Assembly (NCBI GenBank): GCA_045646345.1
Contig: JAZRKN010000009.1
Span: 25,355 to 89,354, forward strand
Reading direction: 5' to 3'
DNA from: Candidatus Scatovivens sp.
GTDB lineage: Bacteria; Bacillota; Clostridia; TANB77; CAG-508
Length of the DNA: 64,000 nt
A model generated the notes under the pieces. It worked only from the letters and a program-made list of their open reading frames with translations, was not told the origin of the DNA and made no database searches. This document shows positions 41,200 through 50,676 of the stretch, one piece after another. Numbering within the stretch: position 1 is the first letter of the stretch; every line of letters begins with the position of its first letter. Position numbers and translations under genes: made by a program.

Positions 41200-43206
41200 G
41201 TGAGAAATAAGAAAAAGATAAAATGGAATAGTACACCAAGTAATATAATATCATTCAGATATGCTACTATAGCTTTTTTGATTATATTAGTATTAATGCT
41301 TATAATACCTAAAATTTTAAATTATGGACCTGGAACAATAAATACACCATTTGATATACAAATGTCTTATGTTTCATTTAATACACAATTTTTGATTTTG
41401 GGAATTGTAATTGTTTTGGGAATTGTATTTTTCACAAAGATTGCCCTAAGAGATATTGATAAGTGGTATAAAATATCTTTAACCAAAAGATATAGTGATA
41501 AAGAAAAAATAAAGCAAATTAGAACGAAATGCTTAAGTCTACCGTATCAATTTTATGCATTTGAGATATTAACACCGTCATTGGTAACAATATTGTTTTT
41601 ATCGTTAACGGGTAGCCATTTAAGTATAATGATTGCAAAAATTATTATATTATTAGCAGCATTTTCAATACTATTGGGTGTTGTATCATTTATATTTTCA
41701 AAAAACTTATATGATGAAATATTAACGCAAACTTATATAGAAGGTTCTGATATTGGATTTAGAGTAAGTCTAAGAAAAAGAATTATTATACTATTATTTC
41801 CAATATTTATAGCATCTATAATACTTACTGCGCTTGTGGGATATTCAGCTAGTGTTATAGAAAAAGAAGATGCTTTTTATAAAATTTACAATGAGGCTTT
41901 AGCAGAAAATTTTGATAAAGAAAAAATATATACACATGAGGAAATAAAAAACATTGCCCAAAGAATTAATTTATACACTGATACAGATAGAGTGTTTATT
42001 TTAAAACAAAACAAAACCTATGATATGGTAAAAGGGGAAAAAATAAGTAATTTTATTGTTGAGTATACGATTCAAATATCTGAACAAAATAATGGAAGAT
42101 TATATGATAGTTATGGTGTTGATACACAAGGTGCTTCTATAAAATTAAAAACAGATAATGGTGAAGTATATGTTGGAATTTTATATGATATTTATGCAGA
42201 AACTGCATTTAATTATTTAATACTAACAGCATTATTCTTATTTGGTATAAGTGGAATTATTATAACTATATTTGCGTCATCAATTTCAAAATCTTTAAGA
42301 CAAATTCATAAAGGTTTTAGAAATATTTGCGCAGAAAGTGGAAAAGAAATGCTTTTACCTGTTGTATCGAATGATGAAATTGGTGATTTGGTTGTAGCAT
42401 TCAATGATATTCAAAAATTAAATAATGCTCAAATAGAAGATATTCATAATAAACAAAATATGCTTGTTGAAAGAGAACGTTTAGCTTCTTTAGGACAAAT
42501 GGTTGGAGGAATTGCACATAGTTTAAAAACACCAATTTTCTCAATATCAGGAGGAGTGACAGGTTTAACTGATTTGGTAAATGAATTTGATGCATCAATA
42601 GGAAATCCAACTGTAAATGATCAAGATATGCATGAGATTGCAAATGATATGAGAGTATGGCTTCAAAAAATAAAAGGACAGCTATCATACATGTCTGAAG
42701 TAATAACAACTGTAAAAGGACAAGCTGTTAATCTTTCTGGTGATGATACGGTTGATTTTACAATAAAAGAATTATTTAGTCATACAAATATTTTGATGAA
42801 ACATGAACTTCAATCAGCTTTGGTAACATTAAATATTAAAAAGGAAGTTGATAATAGTATAATTTGAGAAGGAAATATAAATAGTTTAGTACAAGTATTA
42901 AATAATTTAATCTCTAATGCAATACAAGCATATAAAAAAGCGCCAAATAAATCTATTGATTTAAGTGCTAAAATAAAAGATAATAATATTGTTATTTCTG
43001 TTAAAGATTATGGACCAGGAATTCCAGAAAATATTAAAGATAAATTGTTTAAAGAAATGATAACAACAAAAGGAAAAGAAGGAACTGGGCTTGGAGTGTT
43101 TATGTCATATTCAATGATAAAAGCTAAATTTAATGGAGATATAAAATTAGATACTTCAAGTAACGGAACAGAATTTACGATATATTTACCAATGAATAAT
43201 AAATAA
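41200..43206 (+). pseudogene. Membrane sensor histidine kinase interrupted by one in-frame TGA at 42865-42867
   Basis: Multi-TM N-terminus, HAMP (NDEIGDL..AFN), H-box IAHSLKTP. The same frame continues after the TGA with NLISNAIQA, DYGPGI, TTKGKEGTGLG and GTEFTIYLP to TAA at 43206. Confidence 0.85.
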
Positions 43207-43222
43207 TTTGTGGAGGTATACA

Positions 43223-44290
43223 ATGAGATTATCAGCACAGCAAAATGAAAACTTAAATGAAAAGAAAAATTATAAAATTATAGCAGTAGACGATGAGATT
43301 GGAATCATAGATTCTTTATCTGTATTTTTAAGACATTCAGGATATACATTAGTTGGATGTACAGATCCTTATGAAGCTATTGAAAAAGTTAAAAATGAAA
43401 AATATGATTTGATGCTATTAGACTTTATGATGTCACCAATTCATGGAGATACTGTTGTTGAAGAAATTAGAAAATTTAATAAAGAATTATATATAATTTT
43501 ATTAACTGGTCACAAAGACTTAGTACCACCACTTGAAACTATTAAAAGATTATCTATTCAAGCATATTGTGAAAAAGAGGATAAATTTGATCAATTATTA
43601 TTGCTTATAGAATCTGCATTTAAATCAATAGAACAAATGCAAACAATAAAAGAAATGAATGAAGAATTAAAAGCTTCAAAAGAAAAAATTGAAAAAGCAT
43701 ATTTAGAAACAATCCAAATGTTAAGATATACAGTTGAAGCAAAAGATACTTATATAAGAGGACATTCTGATAGAGTTTCTGCATATTCTGTTTTAATAGG
43801 ACAAGAACTGGGTCTTTATGATAAGGATATTGCAACTTTGAGAATAGGTGGACTTTTCCATGACATTGGTAAAATAGGAATATCAGATACCATTTTATTA
43901 AAACCATCAAAGTTAACTGAAGAAGAATATAGCGAACTAAAAAAACATCCATCTATTGGAAAACAAATTGTATCAACATCTTCGATTTTTAGAGATATTG
44001 TTCCAATTATTTATTCTCATCATGAAAGATTTGATGGTAATGGGTATCCACAAAAATTAAAAGGAGATCAAATTTCATTTTTGGCAAGAATCGTGAGTGT
44101 TGCCGATGCATTTGATGCAATGACTTCAAGACGTTCTTATAGAGATGAGATGGATTTAGAATATGTTACAAATCAAATAAGAGAAGGTGCGGGAACACAA
44201 TTTGATCCAGAAGTTGCAAATGTAATGCTAAATATATTAACAAATAAATTAGATAAAATAAACGAAATAAGAAGTAAATTTCCTTGCTAG
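43223..44290 (+). CDS. Response regulator with REC + HD-GYP cyclic-dinucleotide phosphodiesterase domain
   Basis: AVDDE, LLDFMM, LLTGH; HSDRVS, HDIGK, HHERFDGNGYP, ADAFDAMTSRRSYR. The ATG at 43223 follows GGAGG. Confidence 0.93.
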   Translation: MRLSAQQNENLNEKKNYKIIAVDDEIGIIDSLSVFLRHSGYTLVGCTDPYEAIEKVKNEKYDLMLLDFMMSPIHGDTVVEEIRKFNKELYIILLTGHKDLVPPLETIKRLSIQAYCEKEDKFDQLLLLIESAFKSIEQMQTIKEMNEELKASKEKIEKAYLETIQMLRYTVEAKDTYIRGHSDRVSAYSVLIGQELGLYDKDIATLRIGGLFHDIGKIGISDTILLKPSKLTEEEYSELKKHPSIGKQIVSTSSIFRDIVPIIYSHHERFDGNGYPQKLKGDQISFLARIVSVADAFDAMTSRRSYRDEMDLEYVTNQIREGAGTQFDPEVANVMLNILTNKLDKINEIRSKFPC

Positions 44291-44313
44291 ATAAATACAA
44301 AAATAATATAAGA

Positions 44314-44351
44314 AATAAGAGTATAACCGAAAAAATATACTCTTATTTTTT
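44314..44351 (+). terminator. Intrinsic terminator
   Basis: aataagagtata...tatactcttattttttt. Confidence 0.8.
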
Positions 44352-44418
44352 ATGTAATAAAATGTCAAAAAAAGTTATAAAAATGATAGGAATTAATTAA
44401 TATTTTGCACTATTTTTC

Positions 44419-44447
44419 TTGTCTAAAAAAACACTATATGATATAAT
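44419..44447 (+). promoter_or_regulatory. Sigma-A promoter with extended -10
   Basis: TTGTCT-N17-TATAAT with TG at the extended position. Confidence 0.6.
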
Positions 44448-44501
44448 CATTGAGTACTATGAGAAGTATACAAACAAGGATGTAGAAGTGGAGAAAAAAT
44501 T

Positions 44502-45809
44502 ATGCTTGAAAAATTAATTTTTAGTTTGCTTGCATGTTCATTATTTATAATAATCTTTTTCAAGATAATCAGAAGAAATGATGCGAACTATATAATTCTA
44601 TTAGTATTACAAGCTATAGGAATAACAGTTAGTTTTATTGAAATAAAGCTAAGAATAGGAGAAAATGCATTTTGGGGAACGATAAGATATGTGTTTTCGA
44701 TAATACTTCCATTAGCAATAATAATTATGGAATTAAAAGGTTTTAACTTTTCTGAATTGTTGAGTGTTACAGCAGCTAAGTTTTTTATGATGATAGGTGA
44801 TACTAAAACTGCCAAAACAATCTTGGTGAAACTTGTAACAAAATATCCAGAAAGTTATTTAGGACATAAATTACTTGCAGAATGTTATGAAAAAGAAGGC
44901 GGAATGAGAAGAGCAATTGATGAATATGTAACAGCAGTAGATATAAATAAAAAAGATTATAAATCATATTTTAAAATAGCAGATTTATTAAGAGATTTAG
45001 GGAAAAAAGATGAAGCTATTCAGATGTTAGAGCATTTAGTAAAAACAAAACCAGATTGTTATGAAGCTTCATGTTTGCTAGGAGAACTTCTTTGTGAACA
45101 AGAGAGATTTAAAGAAGCGGCGAATGTTTATAATGCAGCTTTAATATATAATCCTGGGGCATTTGATTTGTATTACAATTTAGGAATTGTATACACGAGA
45201 TTAAGTGATTTTCAAATGGCTAAAGAAATGTATGAAAAAGCAGCTGCGATAAACCATAAAATGTATGGTGCAAATTACAATTTAGGATTGATAGCATTTA
45301 TTCAAAGAGATTATGATACAGCTGAAAAATATTTTGAAAACAGTTTATATGGTGAATTAGAAGCAATGTCTTATTATCAATTGGCTAAAATTTATGTTCA
45401 AAAAGGTGATAAAGATAAAGCTATAAATTTCTTGAATAAAGCAATTGAAATAGAACCCAAACTTCTAAAACTTGCTGAGAAAGAAAAGAGTTTTGAAAAA
45501 ATTAAAGAATATATAACTGTATCTGTAAAGATGGATGAAAAAGAAGATGTTGAAGAGTTAGAAAATGAAGAAGAAAAAGAAGAAAAATCTTTAATTTTAA
45601 AAGAACAAGAAGCAGAAGCGAGAAAATATTTAGAGTATACAGCTAGACTTGTTGAAGAAATGAGTGACGGGGTATCTAAACAAAAAATTGATGAAAAATT
45701 GGATTATATTTTTAATAAAGAAAAGAGAAAAAAAGAAATAGAATTAGATTTTGAAAATAAAGAAATTAAAACTAAAGAAGAAAAATTAAAAGATCTAGGA
45801 AATAATTAA
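44502..45809 (+). CDS. Membrane-anchored tetratricopeptide repeat protein
   Basis: Three N-terminal TMs, TPRs (YYNLGIVY, NYNLGLIA, YYQLAKIY), charged tail. Confidence 0.85.
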   Translation: MLEKLIFSLLACSLFIIIFFKIIRRNDANYIILLVLQAIGITVSFIEIKLRIGENAFWGTIRYVFSIILPLAIIIMELKGFNFSELLSVTAAKFFMMIGDTKTAKTILVKLVTKYPESYLGHKLLAECYEKEGGMRRAIDEYVTAVDINKKDYKSYFKIADLLRDLGKKDEAIQMLEHLVKTKPDCYEASCLLGELLCEQERFKEAANVYNAALIYNPGAFDLYYNLGIVYTRLSDFQMAKEMYEKAAAINHKMYGANYNLGLIAFIQRDYDTAEKYFENSLYGELEAMSYYQLAKIYVQKGDKDKAINFLNKAIEIEPKLLKLAEKEKSFEKIKEYITVSVKMDEKEDVEELENEEEKEEKSLILKEQEAEARKYLEYTARLVEEMSDGVSKQKIDEKLDYIFNKEKRKKEIELDFENKEIKTKEEKLKDLGNN

Positions 45810-45865
45810 GAAAAGAAAATAATTTTAAGATACATAAGTTTAAAGAATAAAAAGAGAGGTAAAAG

Positions 45866-46738
45866 GTGAAATCTATGGAAAAATCAATAACAGTGGTTGG
45901 TGGAGATTTACGTATAGTAAAACTTATAGAAATGTTAGATAAAGATGGCTATAAAGTATTTACTTATGGTTTAGAAAATTCAGAAGAATTATTAAATTTA
46001 GAAAGTGTTGAAATGTGTCCAACATTAGAAGAAGCGGTTAACAGTTCTAAGATTGTAGTTGGTCCTATTCCATTATCAAGTGATAGAAAAAGACTTTCAA
46101 CACCATTTGGAAGAAATAGTGTTGAACTTACAGAATTTGTAGATTGCTTAAAAGATAAATATTTAATTGCTGGAAATATTAATATCAGAGAAGAATTAGA
46201 GGCTAAAGGGGTTCAATTTACTGATTTATTAAAAAGAGAAGAATTTTCAGTATTAAATACAATTGCGACTGCTGAAGGAACAATTCAAATAGCAATGGAA
46301 GAAACACAAAGAACAGTTCATGGTTCAAATGTACTTGTTATGGGATTTGGTAGAATTGGTAAAGTTTTAGCAAAAATGTTAGATGGAATTGGCGCAAAAG
46401 TATACTGTGAAGCTAGAAAAAATGAAGATATTTCTTGGATTAAAGCTTATGGATATAATCCAGTTCATCTAAATGATTTAAATGAAAATTTAAATAAATT
46501 TGATATAATTATTAATACAATACCATTCCAAATTTTAGATGCTGAAAGACTAGATTTAATAAAAAAAGAATCAGTTATAATCGACTTGGCATCTAATCCT
46601 GGTGGTGTTGATAGAAAAGCGGCAAGAGAAAGAGGAATAAAAGTTATTTGGGCATTATCTTTGCCTGCTAAAGTAGCACCTTTAACATCTGCTGAGTTTA
46701 TAAAAGAAACATTATATCATGTCTTAAAAGAATTATAA
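45866..46738 (+). CDS. dpaA: Dipicolinate synthase subunit A
   Basis: VVGGDLR, NTIATAEGTI, GFGRIGK, IDLASNPGGVD, LSLPAKVAP. Confidence 0.93.
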   Translation: MKSMEKSITVVGGDLRIVKLIEMLDKDGYKVFTYGLENSEELLNLESVEMCPTLEEAVNSSKIVVGPIPLSSDRKRLSTPFGRNSVELTEFVDCLKDKYLIAGNINIREELEAKGVQFTDLLKREEFSVLNTIATAEGTIQIAMEETQRTVHGSNVLVMGFGRIGKVLAKMLDGIGAKVYCEARKNEDISWIKAYGYNPVHLNDLNENLNKFDIIINTIPFQILDAERLDLIKKESVIIDLASNPGGVDRKAARERGIKVIWALSLPAKVAPLTSAEFIKETLYHVLKEL

Positions 46739-46762
46739 AATATAAAAAAACGGAGGATAAAA

Positions 46763-47590
46763 ATGACTGTAATACAGGCGTTAATATTAGGTATAATACA
46801 AGGATTGACAGAATTATTGCCGGTTTCAAGTTCTGCACATTTAAATGTTATTCCATGGATTTTTAATTGGACACAAAATGCCCAATTTGTAGAAGATTTT
46901 GGAGGTTCATTTGATGTAGCGCTTCATTTTGGAACATTAATAGCAATTGGTTTGTTTTTTATAAAAGATTGGTTAAAAATGATAAAAGCTGGTTTTAAAC
47001 AAGTGTTTAAAAAAGAAGATTCAGTGGAAGGAAAAATGTTTTGGTATTTGGTGATTGCAACAATACCTGCTGGAATCTTGGCTTTAGTTTTAGATGAAGT
47101 TTCTGAAATGATTATAAATGGAAACTTTAAAGTAGAAATGGGAATGATTGCTATAGCTTTAATTGTAATGGGGATAATTTTAGCAATAGTAGATAAGAAA
47201 GCTGAAAATAAAACTAAATATGAAGAAATAACATTTAAACAATCAATGTTAATTGGGCTTTCTCAAGCACTAGCTGCAGCTTTTCCTGGTGTATCTAGAT
47301 CAGGGATCACAATGACTATTGCAAGAAGTTTAAAAATAGATAGAGAAAGTGCTGCAAAATTTTCATTTCTTTTATCAACACCTATAGTTGCAGCTGCAGT
47401 TTTAGTTGATATAACGGAATTTGCATTAATGTCAATTCCATTTTGGATTGGTGTTTTATCAAGTTTTATAGTAGGTTTGATAGTTGTGAAATTTTTAATG
47501 GATTATTTGAAAAAAGGTAGTTTTAAAATATTTGCAATATATAGAGTAATAGTTGGAGTTATAATATTAGGATTAATATTCATAAGATAA
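46763..47590 (+). CDS. uppP: Undecaprenyl-diphosphate phosphatase (BacA)
   Basis: GIIQGLTELLPVSSSAHL, PGVSRSG, AAKFSFLLS. Confidence 0.96.
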   Translation: MTVIQALILGIIQGLTELLPVSSSAHLNVIPWIFNWTQNAQFVEDFGGSFDVALHFGTLIAIGLFFIKDWLKMIKAGFKQVFKKEDSVEGKMFWYLVIATIPAGILALVLDEVSEMIINGNFKVEMGMIAIALIVMGIILAIVDKKAENKTKYEEITFKQSMLIGLSQALAAAFPGVSRSGITMTIARSLKIDRESAAKFSFLLSTPIVAAAVLVDITEFALMSIPFWIGVLSSFIVGLIVVKFLMDYLKKGSFKIFAIYRVIVGVIILGLIFIR

Positions 47591-47605
47591 AAGGGGGAAA
47601 TAAAT

Positions 47606-48277
47606 ATGGCACCTGGAAAACATTCGGCTGATTCTAAAGATTATTATGAATCAGATTATAATTATTCACAAAATAGTTATGAAACAAATTATCAAAGACA
47701 AGAAGATTATGAAGATGACTATGATGACGCTGATTATGAAGAAGGATTTGGAAGAAGAAAAGCAATAATCTTAGGAGTGATAATAGGAATTCTTGTTGTA
47801 GTTGTTGCAATAATAGGTATTAATAGTAAGAAACAAGAAAATATTGCTGCAAATAAAGTAGAGTCAGAAACAAGTGGTTTAATAGAAAAACACAATGGCT
47901 ATGACGTATTAGGAAAAATTGTTATAGAAAAAATTGGTGTTGATCAATATATTCTAGATTCAACTGAAGACAACGCTTTAGAAAGTGGAGTAATAAGACT
48001 TTACGGTGGAAGTTTAAATAATTATGGTAATTTTTGTATTGCAGGACACAATAAATCTGGAGTATTTGAAAAACTATCAGAAATGGAAGTTGGAGATTTA
48101 TTTACAGTAATAGAACCAGATATGAAGGAAACAAAATATAAAATTACAGAAATATACTCAGTTGAGGCAAATGACTTAAAATGTTTGCTTCAAGATGATG
48201 AAAAAATAGAAATAACATTAATTACATGTGAAAATGGATCAACAACAAGATTAATTGTAAAAGCTGAAGAAGTATAA
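47606..48277 (+). CDS. Sortase
   Basis: TM anchor, NFCIAGHN (His), ITLITC (Cys), RLIV (Arg). Confidence 0.92.
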   Translation: MAPGKHSADSKDYYESDYNYSQNSYETNYQRQEDYEDDYDDADYEEGFGRRKAIILGVIIGILVVVVAIIGINSKKQENIAANKVESETSGLIEKHNGYDVLGKIVIEKIGVDQYILDSTEDNALESGVIRLYGGSLNNYGNFCIAGHNKSGVFEKLSEMEVGDLFTVIEPDMKETKYKITEIYSVEANDLKCLLQDDEKIEITLITCENGSTTRLIVKAEEV

Positions 48278-48313
48278 TATTCAAAAGAAAATGTAAAAGA
48301 GGACGGTTGAAAA

Positions 48314-49588
48314 ATGAAAAAAGTATTATCACAAATTTCATTAATTTTATTAGTAATAACACTTGGATTGGCATCTGTTTTTATAACTAACACATATGCA
48401 AGTTCAGCTGGAATAAAATGTCCTGCAAGCGTAAAAGAAGGAGAAGAATTTTCGGTTTCTCTAATATTTCCAGCAGGTCGTGAAATAACAGCAGCTCAAG
48501 CAAATGTAACAGTAACATATTCAGATGGAACTAAACAAACAGATAAAATTGTATATACTGTAGATAAAGGTTTAAATTTAACAGTAGATACACCTGCTAA
48601 ATTTAAAGCGAAAGTTGCGGGAAATGCTACTATATCTTTAACTGGTATATATATGTATGAAGGAGATGGCACTGCGATTGAAGAAGGGAAAAGTAAATCT
48701 CAAAGTTTAACTGTAATAGGAACAACTCCGCAACCAAATCCGAACACAAATACATCTGGAGGTGGAACTAAACCAAATACTAATACAGCAACTTCTGGTA
48801 ATACAACTAGTGGTGGAACAAAACCAGAAACAGGAAATACGACTGGAAGTGGTTCGAATACAGGAACAGGAAATACAACCGGTTCAGGAAATAAACCTTC
48901 AACAGATTCGAAAGAGCCTAAATTTACTGCGGTTAATGAAACTGTGTATACAACAAAAAAATGTAATTTGAGAAAAAGTTATTCTACAGAAAGTGATAAA
49001 GTTGCAGTAGTAGAAAAAGATACAAAATTAATAAGAAAAGCTATTGGAGATAATGGATGGTCTAAAGTAGAATATGAAGGAAAAACAGTATATGTTGTTT
49101 CTGAATATTTAACTAAAGAAGAACCAAAAGAAGAAGTTGTCTTTAAAGATACACATGAGAATTTATATGCAAAACAAAGCTGTAATTTAAGAGCTAGCTG
49201 GAGTACAGATAGTGAAAAAGTAGGATATTTAGAAAAAGGACAACCTGTTGAAAGAACTGGTTATGCTGATAATGGTTGGTCAAGAATATTATATGAAGGA
49301 AAAACTGTATATGTTGCATCAAGATTATTAGTTGTAGAAAAACCGGAAGATGATGAAGATGAAAATACAGTAGCCAACGAAGTTGTTAATAATAGTGTAG
49401 AAAATGAATCTATTATTGATGATCCAACACAAATGTCAGAAGAAGATAGATTAAAAGAAATACAAGAAGAAGTTGGTGTATTGCCAGAAGTTGGTACAAA
49501 TGCAGCTAATATTGCTTATATGATTGTTACTTTAATAGCTGTAGCGGGACTTGTTGCTGTGATTATATATATCAAAAAAATTAAATAG
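48314..49588 (+). CDS. Cell-surface protein with two SH3b domains and an LPEVG sorting signal
   Basis: Signal peptide, G/T/N/P linker, two CNLR.S.ST.S.KV...NGWS...YEGKTVYV repeats, LPEVG + TM + KKIK. Confidence 0.85.
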   Translation: MKKVLSQISLILLVITLGLASVFITNTYASSAGIKCPASVKEGEEFSVSLIFPAGREITAAQANVTVTYSDGTKQTDKIVYTVDKGLNLTVDTPAKFKAKVAGNATISLTGIYMYEGDGTAIEEGKSKSQSLTVIGTTPQPNPNTNTSGGGTKPNTNTATSGNTTSGGTKPETGNTTGSGSNTGTGNTTGSGNKPSTDSKEPKFTAVNETVYTTKKCNLRKSYSTESDKVAVVEKDTKLIRKAIGDNGWSKVEYEGKTVYVVSEYLTKEEPKEEVVFKDTHENLYAKQSCNLRASWSTDSEKVGYLEKGQPVERTGYADNGWSRILYEGKTVYVASRLLVVEKPEDDEDENTVANEVVNNSVENESIIDDPTQMSEEDRLKEIQEEVGVLPEVGTNAANIAYMIVTLIAVAGLVAVIIYIKKIK

Positions 49589-49620
49589 GAGGATTGTTAG
49601 ATTCTAACAAGGTAGAGAAA

Positions 49621-50469
49621 ATGGCAGAAATAATTGATGGAAAAGAACTTGCAAAAAAAGTAAGAAAAGAGTTAAAAAAAGAAGTTGATGGATTAAAAGA
49701 AAAAGGTATTGTTCCAAAACTTGCAGTAATAATGGTTGGAAATGATCCTGGATCAACCGTTTATGTAAGAAATAAATCGAAAGCTTGTGAAAAAGTTGGG
49801 ATTGAATTTGAAGAATTTTTATTTGAAGAAACGATTTCAGAAGAACTTCTATTAGAAACTATAGAAAAATTAAATCAAGATGATTCTGTTCATGGGATTT
49901 TATTACAATGTCCAGTTCCAAAACATATCGACGTAAATAAAGCTTTTAGAACAATTTCACCAAATAAGGATGTTGATGGTTTTAATCCAATAAATGTTGG
50001 AAACTTAACAATTGGAGAAGATGCATTTGTTTCTTGCACACCTTTTGGAGTAATAAAAATGTTAGAAGAATATAATATTGAAACAGAAGGAAAAAATGCA
50101 GTAATTCTTGGTAGAAGTAATATTGTAGGAAAACCAATGATTCAATGTATGCTTAATAAGAACTCGACAGTTACAGTTTGCCATTCTAGAACAAAAGAAA
50201 TTGGAGAAGTTATAAAAAGAGCAGATATTGTCATAGCAGCTATCGGAAAACCAAAATTTGTTAAAGCGGAAATGGTTAAAGATGGAGCTGTTGTTATAGA
50301 TGTTGGTATAAATAGATTGGATGATGGTTCAATTTGCGGAGATGTTGATTATGATGCGATTTTTGAAAAAGCAAGTCATATAACTCCTGTTCCAGGTGGT
50401 GTTGGACCAATGACTATTGCAATGCTTTTGAACAATGTAGTTAAAGCGGCAAAATTAAAATTAAATTAA
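49621..50469 (+). CDS. folD: Methylenetetrahydrofolate dehydrogenase/cyclohydrolase
   Basis: KDVDGF, CTPFG, GRSNIVGKP, TPVPGGVGPMT. Confidence 0.97.
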   Translation: MAEIIDGKELAKKVRKELKKEVDGLKEKGIVPKLAVIMVGNDPGSTVYVRNKSKACEKVGIEFEEFLFEETISEELLLETIEKLNQDDSVHGILLQCPVPKHIDVNKAFRTISPNKDVDGFNPINVGNLTIGEDAFVSCTPFGVIKMLEEYNIETEGKNAVILGRSNIVGKPMIQCMLNKNSTVTVCHSRTKEIGEVIKRADIVIAAIGKPKFVKAEMVKDGAVVIDVGINRLDDGSICGDVDYDAIFEKASHITPVPGGVGPMTIAMLLNNVVKAAKLKLN

Positions 50470-50479
50470 ATAAAAAAAT

Positions 50480-50510
50480 AAAAGAGCATAGAATTTTCTA
50501 TGCTCTTTTT
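50480..50510 (+). terminator. Intrinsic terminator
   Basis: aaaagagcatagaa...ttctatgctcttttt. Confidence 0.8.
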
Positions 50511-50676
50511 GAGTGCGACTTTTTGCTAGAGTAGACAATATTTTCGAGATTTTAAAAATAACAAAAAAATAACAAAAAAGACTTTATCTTTTTGCTAAAT
50601 TGTAATATAATACATTTGTTAAAATAGTGAAAAAATGTGATTATAAAATTATAATTTAAAAGACAAAGGAGGATTT

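Noticed and set aside
42865-42867. Alternative genetic code or selenocysteine at the kinase TGA
   Set aside because: Trp is encoded by TGG throughout, spoIIIAH appears to stop at TGA, no other gene is interrupted, the site is not a catalytic Cys position, and no SECIS-like hairpin is evident.
43008-43238. 76-aa minus-strand ORF in the apparent gap after the kinase
   Set aside because: It is the antisense of the kinase ATPase domain encoded on the + strand after the TGA.
36748-44500. NRPS unit as a mobile island
   Set aside because: No integrase, transposase, tRNA or flanking direct repeats seen, and composition looks like the rest of the window.
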